The notes: a model not told the origin generated them from the letters alone. Shown: positions 35,661 to 44,406, numbered from the stretch's first letter. The stretch is 46,083 nt of DNA from Candidatus Kaiserbacteria bacterium RIFCSPHIGHO2_12_FULL_56_13 (GCA_001781625.1 MFLS01000002.1:19957-66039); one strand, 5' to 3'. Translations and numbers: made by a program.

Positions 35661-36110
35661 ATGCCGAAATCGACAGAGGACTGCGTTCGCGAGTACATCG
35701 AAGCTCAAGCAGGACGAGTTCTTACCAACCTGGCAGAACCCACGCTCCAAGCAGAACTTCTTGTTGCGGGCAAGATGCGGATATGCACCTTCTCGTGCAG
35801 GAAGAACCCGCTTAAAATAGCGGTTATCGTTGGTCGGGCCCAAGCCGATGTGGAGGTGTTTCTTGATGAACTTATACGCATCGATCCGCAGGGCGACTTT
35901 TCGTATCGCGTGGGGAACGATAGCGAATACATCTACTGGGTGTTCGATCTCCTTGTGCCAGACGGCTCGCTCACCAAGCTCCTCGGCCTTTGGCACTCAC
36001 TTGCCGAAATCGAGGTGGCAAAGCTCGACAGTATCTCTTTGCTCGATGATCAAGAGGGGTCACGTATATCGGGGTACGAATTTCCTGTCGTGAGCACGCT
36101 TCGGCACTGA
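35661..36110 (+). CDS. Orphan B: hypothetical 149-aa protein inserted between fusA and tuf
   Basis: AAGGAGAG lies 4 nt before ATG 35661. Followed by its own terminator. No recognisable family. Confidence 0.5.
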   Translation: MPKSTEDCVREYIEAQAGRVLTNLAEPTLQAELLVAGKMRICTFSCRKNPLKIAVIVGRAQADVEVFLDELIRIDPQGDFSYRVGNDSEYIYWVFDLLVPDGSLTKLLGLWHSLAEIEVAKLDSISLLDDQEGSRISGYEFPVVSTLRH

Positions 36111-36125
36111 CTTGTGTACAGAACG

Positions 36126-36165
36126 CGGCCGCTATCGAGAGCGATAGCGGCCGTCTTGCATTTTT
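36126..36165 (+). terminator. Intrinsic terminator after orphan B
   Basis: CGGCCGCUAUCG (36126-36137), AGAG loop, CGAUAGCGGCCG (36142-36153), then UCUUGCAUUUUU. Confidence 0.6.
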
Positions 36166-36184
36166 GGGCGCCCTCCGGTACATT
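36156..36184 (+). promoter_or_regulatory. Candidate tuf promoter
   Basis: TTGCAT (36156-36161), 17 nt spacer, TACATT (36179-36184). Confidence 0.4.
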
Positions 36185-36282
36185 CTCCTATAACGCAGTA
36201 CCGCATGTACTTTGTCGTGTGTGCGGTTGGCGCGTATTACCAGACCTCCCCCGCGAGGGGGAACTATTTACCAATCGCTATC

Positions 36283-37482
36283 ATGGCAGAATTTAATCGG
36301 GCAAAGCCGCACATGAATGTGGGCACCATCGGCCACGTCGACCACGGCAAGACGACCCTGACTGCTGGTATCTTGCATGTCCTCGACCTGCTCAAAGACA
36401 AGGGTTACAGCGCCCGCGTCGAGGCCGTCGATAAGATCGACAGCGCTCCTGAAGAGAAAGCGCGCGGTATTACTATCGCGCTCCACCACTCGGAGTACGA
36501 GACCCCGAACCGTCACTACGCGCACATCGATGCGCCGGGGCACGCTGACTATATTAAGAACATGATTACGGGTGCCGCCCAGATGGACGGCGCTGTCCTC
36601 GTCGTCGCCGCGACTGACGGCGTGATGCCCCAGACTCGCGAACACATCTTGCTTGCCAAGCAGGTGGGCCTCAAAAAGCTCATTGTCTTCCTTAACAAGG
36701 TAGACATGGTCGCCGAGAAAGATCTCATCGACCTCGTCGAAGAGGAGGTGCGCGAACTCCTCGCGAAGCAGGGCTACGACGGCAAAGGTACGCCGATTAT
36801 CCGCGGCTCGGGCTTGAAAGCCCTTGAGGCGAAAAGTGTTGATGATGAGTATGCAGCGAAGGCAAAAGAGCTCGTCGACACGATGGACACCTACTTTGAG
36901 GTGCCGGTTCGCGAGACAGACAAGCCGTTCTTGATGCCGATCGAAGACATCTTCTCGATCGAAGGCCGTGGCACCGTCGTGACTGGCCGCATCGAGCGCG
37001 GCGTCGTGAAGGTTGGCGAAGAGGTTGAGATCGTCGGTATCAAACCGACGGCAAAAACGACCGTCACGGGTATCGAGATGTTCAACAAGCAGCTCCAAGA
37101 GGGCATGGCAGGCGACAATGCCGGCGTCCTCCTTCGCGGTACGAAGAAAGAAGATGTGCATCGCGGGCAGGTTATCGCGAAGTCGGGCTCGGTGACTCCC
37201 CACACCGACTTTGAGTCCGAGGTCTACGTGCTCGGCAAGGATGAAGGCGGGCGACACACCCCTTTCTTCTCCGGCTATAAGCCGCAGTTCTATATCCGCA
37301 CGACTGATGTGACGGGCGAGGTCACCTTGCCTGAAGGAAAAGAGATGGTGATGCCGGGTGACACGATCACCTTCAAGGTAAAGCTCGTGGCGCCGGTCGC
37401 GCTTGAAGAGAAGCAGCGCTTCGCGATTCGCGAAGGCGGCAAGACGGTCGGCGCAGGCGTCGTGACGAAGATCACGGCATAA
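36283..37482 (+). CDS. tuf: Elongation factor Tu
   Basis: [34 protein letters not shown] and NKVD. ATG 36283 fits the family N-terminus. Confidence 0.97.
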   Translation: MAEFNRAKPHMNVGTIGHVDHGKTTLTAGILHVLDLLKDKGYSARVEAVDKIDSAPEEKARGITIALHHSEYETPNRHYAHIDAPGHADYIKNMITGAAQMDGAVLVVAATDGVMPQTREHILLAKQVGLKKLIVFLNKVDMVAEKDLIDLVEEEVRELLAKQGYDGKGTPIIRGSGLKALEAKSVDDEYAAKAKELVDTMDTYFEVPVRETDKPFLMPIEDIFSIEGRGTVVTGRIERGVVKVGEEVEIVGIKPTAKTTVTGIEMFNKQLQEGMAGDNAGVLLRGTKKEDVHRGQVIAKSGSVTPHTDFESEVYVLGKDEGGRHTPFFSGYKPQFYIRTTDVTGEVTLPEGKEMVMPGDTITFKVKLVAPVALEEKQRFAIREGGKTVGAGVVTKITA

Positions 37483-37488
37483 CTCTCA

Positions 37489-37929
37489 ATGGCGACAGCA
37501 GCGGCACCCTCCTCCGCTAAAGCTACGAAGGGCAAGAAACCTCGCGTAGCAAAAGCTAAAGCTGTTCCTAAGGCAAAGCCCAGGGCGTCTGTCGCTGTGC
37601 CAAAAGCCGCAGTTCCTGCAGTTGAGCACAAGCTTCGCATCAGGGTTCGCGCCTATGAGCACAAGATCCTCGATGTGTCAGTCAAGCAGATCATGGACAC
37701 GGCTGCGCGCTTTGACGCGAAGGTCGTGGGTCCGATCCCTTTGCCGACCGAGATCAAGCGCTGGACAGTGAACCGCTCGACCTTCGTGCATAAAGACGCG
37801 CGCGAGCAGTTCGAGATGCGGATCCACAAGCGCCTTATTGACATCCTGAACCCCTCTCCAAAGGTCGTCGAAGCCCTCACGAATTTGAATCTCCCATCCG
37901 GTGTCACGATCGACGTGAAGATGGTGTAG
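37489..37929 (+). CDS. rpsJ: 30S ribosomal protein S10 with a ~44-aa Ala/Lys/Pro-rich N-terminal extension
   Basis: The core is KLRIRVRAYEHKILD...GPIPLPTEIKRWTVNRSTFVHKDAREQFEMRIHKRLIDI. Confidence 0.9.
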   Translation: MATAAAPSSAKATKGKKPRVAKAKAVPKAKPRASVAVPKAAVPAVEHKLRIRVRAYEHKILDVSVKQIMDTAARFDAKVVGPIPLPTEIKRWTVNRSTFVHKDAREQFEMRIHKRLIDILNPSPKVVEALTNLNLPSGVTIDVKMV

Positions 37930-37951
37930 ATTTTTCTCAAAATGTTTTCGC

Positions 37952-37975
37952 AAAATCGGCCGTGCGGCCGGTTTT
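37952..37975 (+). terminator. Intrinsic terminator after rpsJ
   Basis: AAAAUCGGCC-GUGC-GGCCGGUUUU. Confidence 0.7.
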
Positions 37976-37981
37976 GCTTTG

Positions 37982-38296
37982 ATGTGGTATGCTCGCACGC
38001 GGCTTGAAACAGGGGAGACATATGTGACAGTACGACTTCGAACGAGCACAGTCCAGAAAGTGCTTGCCGATATGTACGGACTTGACTTCTCAGATCGTAG
38101 CGAGGCATTCGCGCGATTCGAGGCAATTTTCGTCAAAACGCATACAGATTTGAAGCAGATTGCTCGGATAGATATCAATACTAGCCGCAATCACTGGCTT
38201 CTCGAGTTCTGGTCGTTTAACGAGTCGAAGGGGTTTAAGAAGCTTATATCTTTTTCGGCGGCACTTGATTTCGGCAAGCCTCTTTCGTGGGAATAA
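37982..38296 (+). CDS. Orphan C: hypothetical ~100-aa protein inserted between rpsJ and rplC
   Basis: The ORF opens at ATG 37982, directly after the terminator. In-frame GTG 38024 has GGGGAG 6 nt upstream and may be the real start. It has its own terminator. No recognisable family. Confidence 0.45.
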   Translation: MWYARTRLETGETYVTVRLRTSTVQKVLADMYGLDFSDRSEAFARFEAIFVKTHTDLKQIARIDINTSRNHWLLEFWSFNESKGFKKLISFSAALDFGKPLSWE

Positions 38297-38323
38297 AACC
38301 GCTCATCGTCGCGATGAGCGGTT
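38295..38323 (+). terminator. Intrinsic terminator after orphan C
   Basis: AAACCGCUCAUCG-UCG-CGAUGAGCGGUUU, then CGCUUUA. Confidence 0.7.
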
Positions 38324-38330
38324 TCGCTTT

Positions 38331-38359
38331 ATTGCATCTTTATGGAGGGTGAGGTAGAG
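38331..38359 (+). promoter_or_regulatory. Candidate promoter for rplC and downstream genes
   Basis: TTGCAT (38331-38336), 17 nt spacer, TAGAGT (38354-38359). Confidence 0.45.
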
Positions 38360-38440
38360 TGCCTCGACGCTACGAACGGCCCCGCGGCCGGTCCTATGGC
38401 AAAGGGTTTCGCCCTGCGCCGTCGAGGCGCATTTATTTTT
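38360..38440 (+). promoter_or_regulatory. Structured ~80-nt leader before rplC
   Basis: GCCUCGACG (38360-38368) pairs with CGUCGAGGC (38420-38428), closing a GC-rich domain. GCAUUUAUUUUU then runs directly into the ATG. Confidence 0.4.
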
Positions 38441-39055
38441 ATGAAATTTATTCTCGCTAAGAAAGAAGGCATGACGCGCGTCTTCTCTGAAGACGGGCGT
38501 TCTGTTGCCGCAACCGTGCTCAAAACGGAGCCCATCGTCGTGACGCAGGTCAAGACCACTGATGGTAAGGACAAGTACTCGGCAATCCAAGTCGGATATG
38601 GCGCGCGCAGGGCGAAAACCGTTTCAAAGGCAGTACTCGGGCACGGCAAAGGTAAGGCCTATAAGGTACTTCGCGAGTTCCGGACAGACGAAGTGGGCAG
38701 TACCGCAGTGGGCAATGAAATTCAAAACACCTTTGCGGTTGGCGACACGGTCAAGATTTCTGGAGTGTCAAAGGGCAAGGGTTTTGCAGGCGTGGTGAAG
38801 CGCTACGGTTTCAAAGGCGGGAGACGCACGCACGGCCAAAAACACAGTGAGCGCGAGGCGGGTTCGATCGGCGGCGGCGGCCGCGCGGGCGGTCGCGTCG
38901 CGAAAGGTATGCGCATGGCGGGACGCCTCGGCGGCGAGCGCGTGACGGTAAAAAATCTAAAAGTGCTCGCCGTCGACCCCTCGGCGGGCGAACTTGTTGT
39001 CTCGGGTGCCGTGCCCGGGGTGCGCGGCGCCGTGCTCGAAGTCATTTCTGAATAA
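38441..39055 (+). CDS. rplC: 50S ribosomal protein L3
   Basis: MKFILAKKEGMTRVF...GKGFAGVVKRYGFKGG..THGQ. Confidence 0.95.
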   Translation: MKFILAKKEGMTRVFSEDGRSVAATVLKTEPIVVTQVKTTDGKDKYSAIQVGYGARRAKTVSKAVLGHGKGKAYKVLREFRTDEVGSTAVGNEIQNTFAVGDTVKISGVSKGKGFAGVVKRYGFKGGRRTHGQKHSEREAGSIGGGGRAGGRVAKGMRMAGRLGGERVTVKNLKVLAVDPSAGELVVSGAVPGVRGAVLEVISE

Positions 39056-39059
39056 AGCC

Positions 39060-39815
39060 ATGGCTCCTACCAAGAAAATCGTCCTTCGAAAAGACTCGGG
39101 ACCTTCGGCGAAGAAGGCACCGAAGGCACGCACACCAAAAACGGTTGCGACAAGCGCCACCGAGCTACCTATTTTTGATATGGCGGGCAAGAAGGTCGGG
39201 GTTGCCGCACTCCCCCCGAAGATTTTCAGCGCCACATGGCGCCCTGATCTCGTGCATCAGGTCACCACGGCGCTTGCGGCAAACAAACGGCAGAACCGCG
39301 CGCACACGAAAGATCGTGCCGAGGTCGCGGGCGGCGGTCGTAAGCCCTGGCGACAAAAGGGGACAGGCCAGGCGCGTCATGGTTCGACACGTTCGCCACT
39401 ATGGCGGCACGGGGGAGTCACCTTCGGCCCGCGCACCGAGCGCGACTACCATGAGAAGGTGAATCAAAAGATGAAGCAGAAGGCGCTCGCCTCAATCTTG
39501 GCGCGCAAAGCTCAAGATGGCGAACTTGTTTTAGTCGACAAGCTCATCTTCGCTACCCCGAAGACCAAAGAGGCGATTGCCGCTCTCGCCGCGCTCTCAA
39601 AAGCGGCAAAAGTGAAGCTTCTTGCGCCGCGCGGCAATCGCGCACTCGTCGCCCTTTCGCGCTACGACGGGATCGCCATGAAGAGTTTTCGCAATCTAGG
39701 AGGAGTCGCAACCGAGGAGGCGCGCAACATAAATCCGCTCATGCTCCTCTCCTATAAGTATCTCGTGGTTGAAAACCCTGACGAATCGTTTAAGGTGCTT
39801 GCTTCACGCATATGA
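39060..39815 (+). CDS. rplD: 50S ribosomal protein L4 with a basic N-terminal extension
   Basis: RQNRAHTKDRAEVAGGGRKPWRQKGTGQARHGSTRSPLWRHGGVTFGP. Confidence 0.9.
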   Translation: MAPTKKIVLRKDSGPSAKKAPKARTPKTVATSATELPIFDMAGKKVGVAALPPKIFSATWRPDLVHQVTTALAANKRQNRAHTKDRAEVAGGGRKPWRQKGTGQARHGSTRSPLWRHGGVTFGPRTERDYHEKVNQKMKQKALASILARKAQDGELVLVDKLIFATPKTKEAIAALAALSKAAKVKLLAPRGNRALVALSRYDGIAMKSFRNLGGVATEEARNINPLMLLSYKYLVVENPDESFKVLASRI

Positions 39816-40096
39816 AAAACGCCCACACTATACTCAAGGCCCCGTGGTTTTCAGAAAAAGCGCTCATCCAGACAGAGCATGGGGTCTACACCTTTGCCGT
39901 CCCGAAGGGAGTTAACAAATATGAAATCGCGAAAGCGATCAAAGAGATCTACAAGGTAACGCCCACGAAGGTGCGTGTCGTGAACCTCCCCGGCGCGCGC
40001 GTATCCTTGCGTACCCGTCGCGGTGTCGCAACGCGCGCGGCCAGGCGCAAAGCCCTCGTGTATCTCAAAAAGGGCGACACCATCCAATTTGCCTAA
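39812..40096 (+). CDS. rplW: 50S ribosomal protein L23
   Basis: Synteny, plus YTFAVPKGVNKYEIAKAIKEIYKVTPTKVRVVN. Confidence 0.9.
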   Translation: MKNAHTILKAPWFSEKALIQTEHGVYTFAVPKGVNKYEIAKAIKEIYKVTPTKVRVVNLPGARVSLRTRRGVATRAARRKALVYLKKGDTIQFA

Positions 40097-40099
40097 TCT

Positions 40100-40948
40100 A
40101 TGAAATCATACCGCCCCACCTCGAAGAGCCGCCGCTTCATGACCACCTTGCCCTACAAGGCGCTCCTCTCTGGCGATAAGCCCGCGAAAGCGCTTTTGAA
40201 GAGCAAGAAACGGCAGGCAGGCAGGAACGCTTTTGGCCGCATCACGACCCGTCATCAGGGCGGGGGGCACAAGCGTCGCCTCCGTGAGATCGACTTTGTT
40301 TTTGATAAGAAGGATATCCCGGCGAAGATCGAGACCATCGAATACGACCCGTTTCGCTCGGCGTTTATCGCACGCGTACTCTACGCTGACGGTGATCGCC
40401 GTTACATCACCGCACCGAAGAGCGCGAAAGTCGGCGATACCCTCGTGGTCTCAAAAGAAGCGCCGGTGGCGGCGGGGAATCGTCTGCCGCTTAGGGCTAT
40501 CCCGGTCGGGACCTTTATCTACAATATCGAGCTTAAGCCGGGCGCTGGCGGCGTGCTTGCGCGAAGCGCCGGCAACTACGCTGAAGTTGTCGCGCACGAC
40601 GGCGGGTTCGCCCAGTTGAAGCTCCCCTCGACTGAAGTGCGCAAGGTTTCTGACGACTGCTGGGCCTCGATAGGGAGCGTGGGGAATGAGGAGCACAATT
40701 TGGTAGTCATCGGCAAAGCTGGCCGTTCGCGTTGGATGGGTATCCGGCCGACCGTACGCGGTACGGCGATGAACCCAGTTGACCACCCGCACGGCGGCGG
40801 CGAAGGCCGTCAAGGTCGCGGCCTCCGGCGCGCAAAATCGCTCTGGGGCAAGCCGACGGGGAAGGGCCAAAAGACCCGCACGCCGAAGAAATATTCGAAT
40901 GTTTTCATCATCTCTCGCCGCCGCGTTGGCAAAAAGCGCAGCGCATAG
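40100..40948 (+). CDS. rplB: 50S ribosomal protein L2
   Basis: GRNAFGRITTRHQGGGHKR and MNPVDHPHGGGEGR. Confidence 0.97.
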   Translation: MKSYRPTSKSRRFMTTLPYKALLSGDKPAKALLKSKKRQAGRNAFGRITTRHQGGGHKRRLREIDFVFDKKDIPAKIETIEYDPFRSAFIARVLYADGDRRYITAPKSAKVGDTLVVSKEAPVAAGNRLPLRAIPVGTFIYNIELKPGAGGVLARSAGNYAEVVAHDGGFAQLKLPSTEVRKVSDDCWASIGSVGNEEHNLVVIGKAGRSRWMGIRPTVRGTAMNPVDHPHGGGEGRQGRGLRRAKSLWGKPTGKGQKTRTPKKYSNVFIISRRRVGKKRSA

Positions 40949-40962
40949 TAAGTTAAGACCTT

Positions 40963-41325
40963 ATGGCACGTAGCTTAAAGAAAGGGCCCTTCGTTGACGT
41001 AAAACTTATGAAGAAGGTCCAAGGCGCAAAACCCTCATCGGCAGGGATTATTCGGACATGGGCACGCCGCTCGCAGGTCGCTCCTGAAATGGTCGGTTTT
41101 ACGCTCGGCATCCACAATGGCAAACAGCATGCGGAGGTGCTCGTCACCGAAGAAATGGTCGGGCACCGCCTGGGCGAGTTCGCTCCGACGAAGAAGTTCA
41201 CCCGCCATGGCGGCAAGATGCAGAAGGAGCTTGAGATGAAGGCGCAAGAGGCCGAGATCGCTGCCGCGCAGTCGGCAAAGGCGGCCGCAAGCGAGGGGCA
41301 GACGAAAGCGCCTGAAGGCAAATAA
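40963..41325 (+). CDS. rpsS: 30S ribosomal protein S19 with a ~30-aa C-terminal extension
   Basis: [12 protein letters not shown]...[17 protein letters not shown]. Confidence 0.95.
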   Translation: MARSLKKGPFVDVKLMKKVQGAKPSSAGIIRTWARRSQVAPEMVGFTLGIHNGKQHAEVLVTEEMVGHRLGEFAPTKKFTRHGGKMQKELEMKAQEAEIAAAQSAKAAASEGQTKAPEGK

Positions 41326-41329
41326 TTTT

Positions 41330-41647
41330 ATGCAAGCGACACTCGGAAATTACAATCAGACGCCTCGCAAGGTGAAACTGGTCGCAGATCTAGTGAAGGG
41401 GAAGAAAGTCCCCGAGGCCTTGGCGACTCTCACCTTTCTCCCCAAGCGTGTCGCCGACCCGATCGCGAAGCTCATCAAGAGCGCCGCGGCAAACGCTAAG
41501 GTAAAAGGCAAAGACCAGGGAGAACTCACCGTGAAGAACATCATCGTCGAGAGTGCCGGCATGCAGAAGCGCTACATGCCGAGGGCCTTCGGCCGCGCCT
41601 CAATGATCCGCCGCCGCCGCTCGCGAGTGAAGGTTTCGCTCGCCTAA
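41330..41647 (+). CDS. rplV: 50S ribosomal protein L22
   Basis: Synteny, plus RKVKLVADLVKGKKVPEALATLTF...RYMPRAFGRASMIRRRRSRV. Confidence 0.9.
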   Translation: MQATLGNYNQTPRKVKLVADLVKGKKVPEALATLTFLPKRVADPIAKLIKSAAANAKVKGKDQGELTVKNIIVESAGMQKRYMPRAFGRASMIRRRRSRVKVSLA

Positions 41648-41651
41648 CGAT

Positions 41652-42329
41652 ATGACACACGTCGCTCATCCCTACGCGCACCGCCTCGGCATTATCCGAG
41701 ACTGGAAGAGCCGCTGGTTCGCCGGCGGTAAAAAGCATTTTCGTGAGAACATCAAGGTCGATGAGACGGTGCGTAGCTTCCTCAAAAAGCGTCTGCGTGG
41801 CACCTATACCACCGGGGTCGAGATTGAGCGCTCTGCAAACGAGCTCCACATCATGGTTTATACGGCGCGGCCGGGCCTCGTGATCGGCCGCTCGGGTGAG
41901 AACGCGACGAAGCTCCGGCAGGAGCTCGCAAGGGTAGTGCGCAAGGTTGCTCCTGCGGATAAGCGCGCGGTGAAGCTCGACATTTTGGATGTGCGTCAGC
42001 CCGAAGCGGCGGCGGCGGCGGTTGCCTATATGGTTGCTGAGGGCCTTGAAAAGCGGCTACCGTTTCGTCGGGTCTTGAAGCAGACGGTCGATAAAGTGAT
42101 GGCGATCAGAGAGGTACAGGGAGTCCGCGTGACCATCTCGGGACGTTTGGGCGGCGCCGAGATGAGCCGCAAAGAGGAGGTCAAGAAGGGACGCATCCCG
42201 CTGCAGACCTTTCGTGCCGACATCGATTTTGCGCAAGAGGAGGCGTATCTCCCCTACGGTGTCATCGGCATCAAGGTATGGATCTACCGCGGCAATATCT
42301 TTGCCGACAAGAAGGGGAAAGCCGTCTAG
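41652..42329 (+). CDS. rpsC: 30S ribosomal protein S3
   Basis: HPYAHRLGIIRDW, KH domain, and ISGRLGGAEMSRKE. Confidence 0.95.
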   Translation: MTHVAHPYAHRLGIIRDWKSRWFAGGKKHFRENIKVDETVRSFLKKRLRGTYTTGVEIERSANELHIMVYTARPGLVIGRSGENATKLRQELARVVRKVAPADKRAVKLDILDVRQPEAAAAAVAYMVAEGLEKRLPFRRVLKQTVDKVMAIREVQGVRVTISGRLGGAEMSRKEEVKKGRIPLQTFRADIDFAQEEAYLPYGVIGIKVWIYRGNIFADKKGKAV

Positions 42330-42331
42330 CT

Positions 42332-42754
42332 ATGCTGTTTCCGAAAAAAGTCAAACACCGTAAGTGGCAGACGGGCCGGAAGAGCCCCTCGCGCCTCGCG
42401 CGCCCCGATACGCGCGGCACGCGGCTCGCCTTCGGTTCGTATGCCTTGAAAGCGACGATGCCCTCGCGTCTCACCTCAAATCAGATCGAGGCGGCGCGCA
42501 AGGTCTTGACTCGATCGACGGCAAAAGGCGGCAAACTCTGGATACGCGTCTTTCCCGATTGGCCGATCACCGGGAAGCCCGCCGAAGTAGGGATGGGGAG
42601 CGGTAAGGGGGACTTGAAGCATTTTGTCTTTCAAGTGCGGCCTGGGCGGATTCTTTTTGAGCTCGACGGCGTACCCGAGGCCTCCGCGCGCGAGTACTTG
42701 CGGCAGGCGGGTGCGAAACTCCCCATGAAAACGGTTATCATTGCGCGCGATTAA
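42332..42754 (+). CDS. rplP: 50S ribosomal protein L16
   Basis: [16 protein letters not shown]...FGSYALKA...[15 protein letters not shown]. Confidence 0.95.
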   Translation: MLFPKKVKHRKWQTGRKSPSRLARPDTRGTRLAFGSYALKATMPSRLTSNQIEAARKVLTRSTAKGGKLWIRVFPDWPITGKPAEVGMGSGKGDLKHFVFQVRPGRILFELDGVPEASAREYLRQAGAKLPMKTVIIARD

Positions 42755-42972
42755 TGAGTATGGCAAAACGACAGAATATGAAGACGATGAGCGATGCTGA
42801 ACTTGCAAAACTCCTTGCAGATACGCGCAAGGAGCTTCGCGAGCACCGCTTCGCTGCAGCTGGCGCGCGCCCAAAAGACACGAACGCGCTCTCAAAGGCC
42901 CGCAAGCAGATCGCGCGTGCGCTCTCCGAACAGCACGCGCGTGGAGTGAGTTCGCGACGAGCCGCCGCATAA
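42754..42972 (+). CDS. rpmC: 50S ribosomal protein L29
   Basis: Synteny, plus MSDAELAKLLADTRKELREHRF. TAATG overlap with rplP. Confidence 0.85.
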   Translation: MSMAKRQNMKTMSDAELAKLLADTRKELREHRFAAAGARPKDTNALSKARKQIARALSEQHARGVSSRRAAA

Positions 42973-42975
42973 TGT

Positions 42976-43224
42976 ATGACGACCACCTCTCCTCGACCGC
43001 AGATATTCAAAGGAGTCGTCGTCAAGATGGCGATGGCCGACACGGTAACGGTGCGCGTTGACCGCTATGTGAAGCATCCGAAATACAAGAAATATTTCGT
43101 ACGCTCGAAAAAGTATCTGGTGCACGATCCTGGCAATACCGTAGCGATAGGCGACCGGGTGACCATCGTCGCCTGCCGGCCGATCTCGCGGCGCAAGCAT
43201 TTCAAACTATATGTTGCAAGATAA
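42976..43224 (+). CDS. rpsQ: 30S ribosomal protein S17
   Basis: KGVVVKMAMADTVTVRVDRYVKHPKYKKY...HDPGN. Confidence 0.9.
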   Translation: MTTTSPRPQIFKGVVVKMAMADTVTVRVDRYVKHPKYKKYFVRSKKYLVHDPGNTVAIGDRVTIVACRPISRRKHFKLYVAR

Positions 43225-43588
43225 ATCACTCGTCATGGTCGCCGACAACTCTGGCGCAAAGATCGCCCGAGTATTCAAGGTGCCCGGCGGTTCGCGCCGC
43301 CGCTATGCCGGCATCGGCGATACGGTTGTCGTCTCGATCCAAGTCGCAGAGCCCCGCAAGGCGGTGAAGAAGAAAGATGTCTACCGCGCCGTCGTCGTGC
43401 GGCAAAAGAATCCGTATCTCCGCAAGGACGGCTCCTACCTCCGTTTCGATGAGAACGCCGTCGTGCTTGTAGAGAAGGTGGGCAAGGAGATGGGCCCGAA
43501 GGGGAATCGCGTCTTTGGCCCTGTGCCGCGCGAGCTCTCGGAGCGCGGCTGGCACTCGATCGTCTCCTTAGCTCCTGAAGTGGTATGA
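43211..43588 (+). CDS. rplN: 50S ribosomal protein L14
   Basis: MLQDKSLVMVADNSGAK...FGPVPRELSERGW. Confidence 0.95.
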   Translation: MLQDKSLVMVADNSGAKIARVFKVPGGSRRRYAGIGDTVVVSIQVAEPRKAVKKKDVYRAVVVRQKNPYLRKDGSYLRFDENAVVLVEKVGKEMGPKGNRVFGPVPRELSERGWHSIVSLAPEVV

Positions 43589-43809
43589 AACTGCATGTAA
43601 AAAAGGGCGATAAGGTGAAGGTCTTAACCGGCAAGGACAAGGGCAAGATCGGCACAATCGTGCGCGCCTTGCCCAAAGAGCACAAGGTCGTCATCGAGGG
43701 CGTGAATGTCGCGAAGCGCCACCTTAAGAAGCGCGGCAACCAGTCAGGGCGTATCGTTGAGCGACCGATGCCGATTCATGTCTCGAATGTGGCGAAGGTC
43801 GAGAAATAA
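43585..43809 (+). CDS. rplX: 50S ribosomal protein L24 (short, 74 aa)
   Basis: VKKGDKVKVLTGKDKGKIGTIVR...VEGVNVAKRHLK. Confidence 0.9.
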   Translation: MKLHVKKGDKVKVLTGKDKGKIGTIVRALPKEHKVVIEGVNVAKRHLKKRGNQSGRIVERPMPIHVSNVAKVEK

Positions 43810-43811
43810 CT

Positions 43812-44360
43812 ATGATGCTCACGAAACAGCGCCAGCAAACAGCCTACGACGCCTTGCGCGGCGAGTATGCCTATACCTCGCCCATGCAAGCACCGCGCAT
43901 CGCGAAGGTCGTGGTCTCAACCGGGGTGGGGAAGAAGCGCGACCCCAAGGTACTCGCGCTCGTTGAAGATCGGCTCGCGCGTATCACGGGGCAAAAGGCC
44001 GCGGCGCGCGCGGCTCGCGCTTCAGTCGCTTCATTCAAGGTGCGACAGGGCGACACGGTGGGGCTCCAGGCGACGTTGCGCGGGTCACGCATGTTCGACT
44101 TTTTGGATAAATTGATCCACATCGCTTTGCCGCGCGCGCGCGACTTTCGCGGCATCCCCGTGACCGCACTCGACGACATGGGCAATCTTACGATCGGCAT
44201 CAAGGAGCACACCATTTTCCCCGAGACCTCGGATGAAGACCTCAAAGATGTCTTCGGTCTTGCGATCACTATCGTGACGACCGCAAAGTCGAAAAAAGAG
44301 GCCGAGGCCTTTTTCCGCCACCTCGGTATTCCCTTTCGCGCCCCCGAATCTAAGAGGTAA
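43812..44360 (+). CDS. rplE: 50S ribosomal protein L5
   Basis: APRIAKVVVSTGVG...FDFLDKLIHIALPRARDFRG. Confidence 0.95.
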   Translation: MMLTKQRQQTAYDALRGEYAYTSPMQAPRIAKVVVSTGVGKKRDPKVLALVEDRLARITGQKAAARAARASVASFKVRQGDTVGLQATLRGSRMFDFLDKLIHIALPRARDFRGIPVTALDDMGNLTIGIKEHTIFPETSDEDLKDVFGLAITIVTTAKSKKEAEAFFRHLGIPFRAPESKR

Positions 44361-44406
44361 CCGTTTTGTTTGACGCGATAGGTCGCGAATGATACAGTAG
44401 CCGCAC

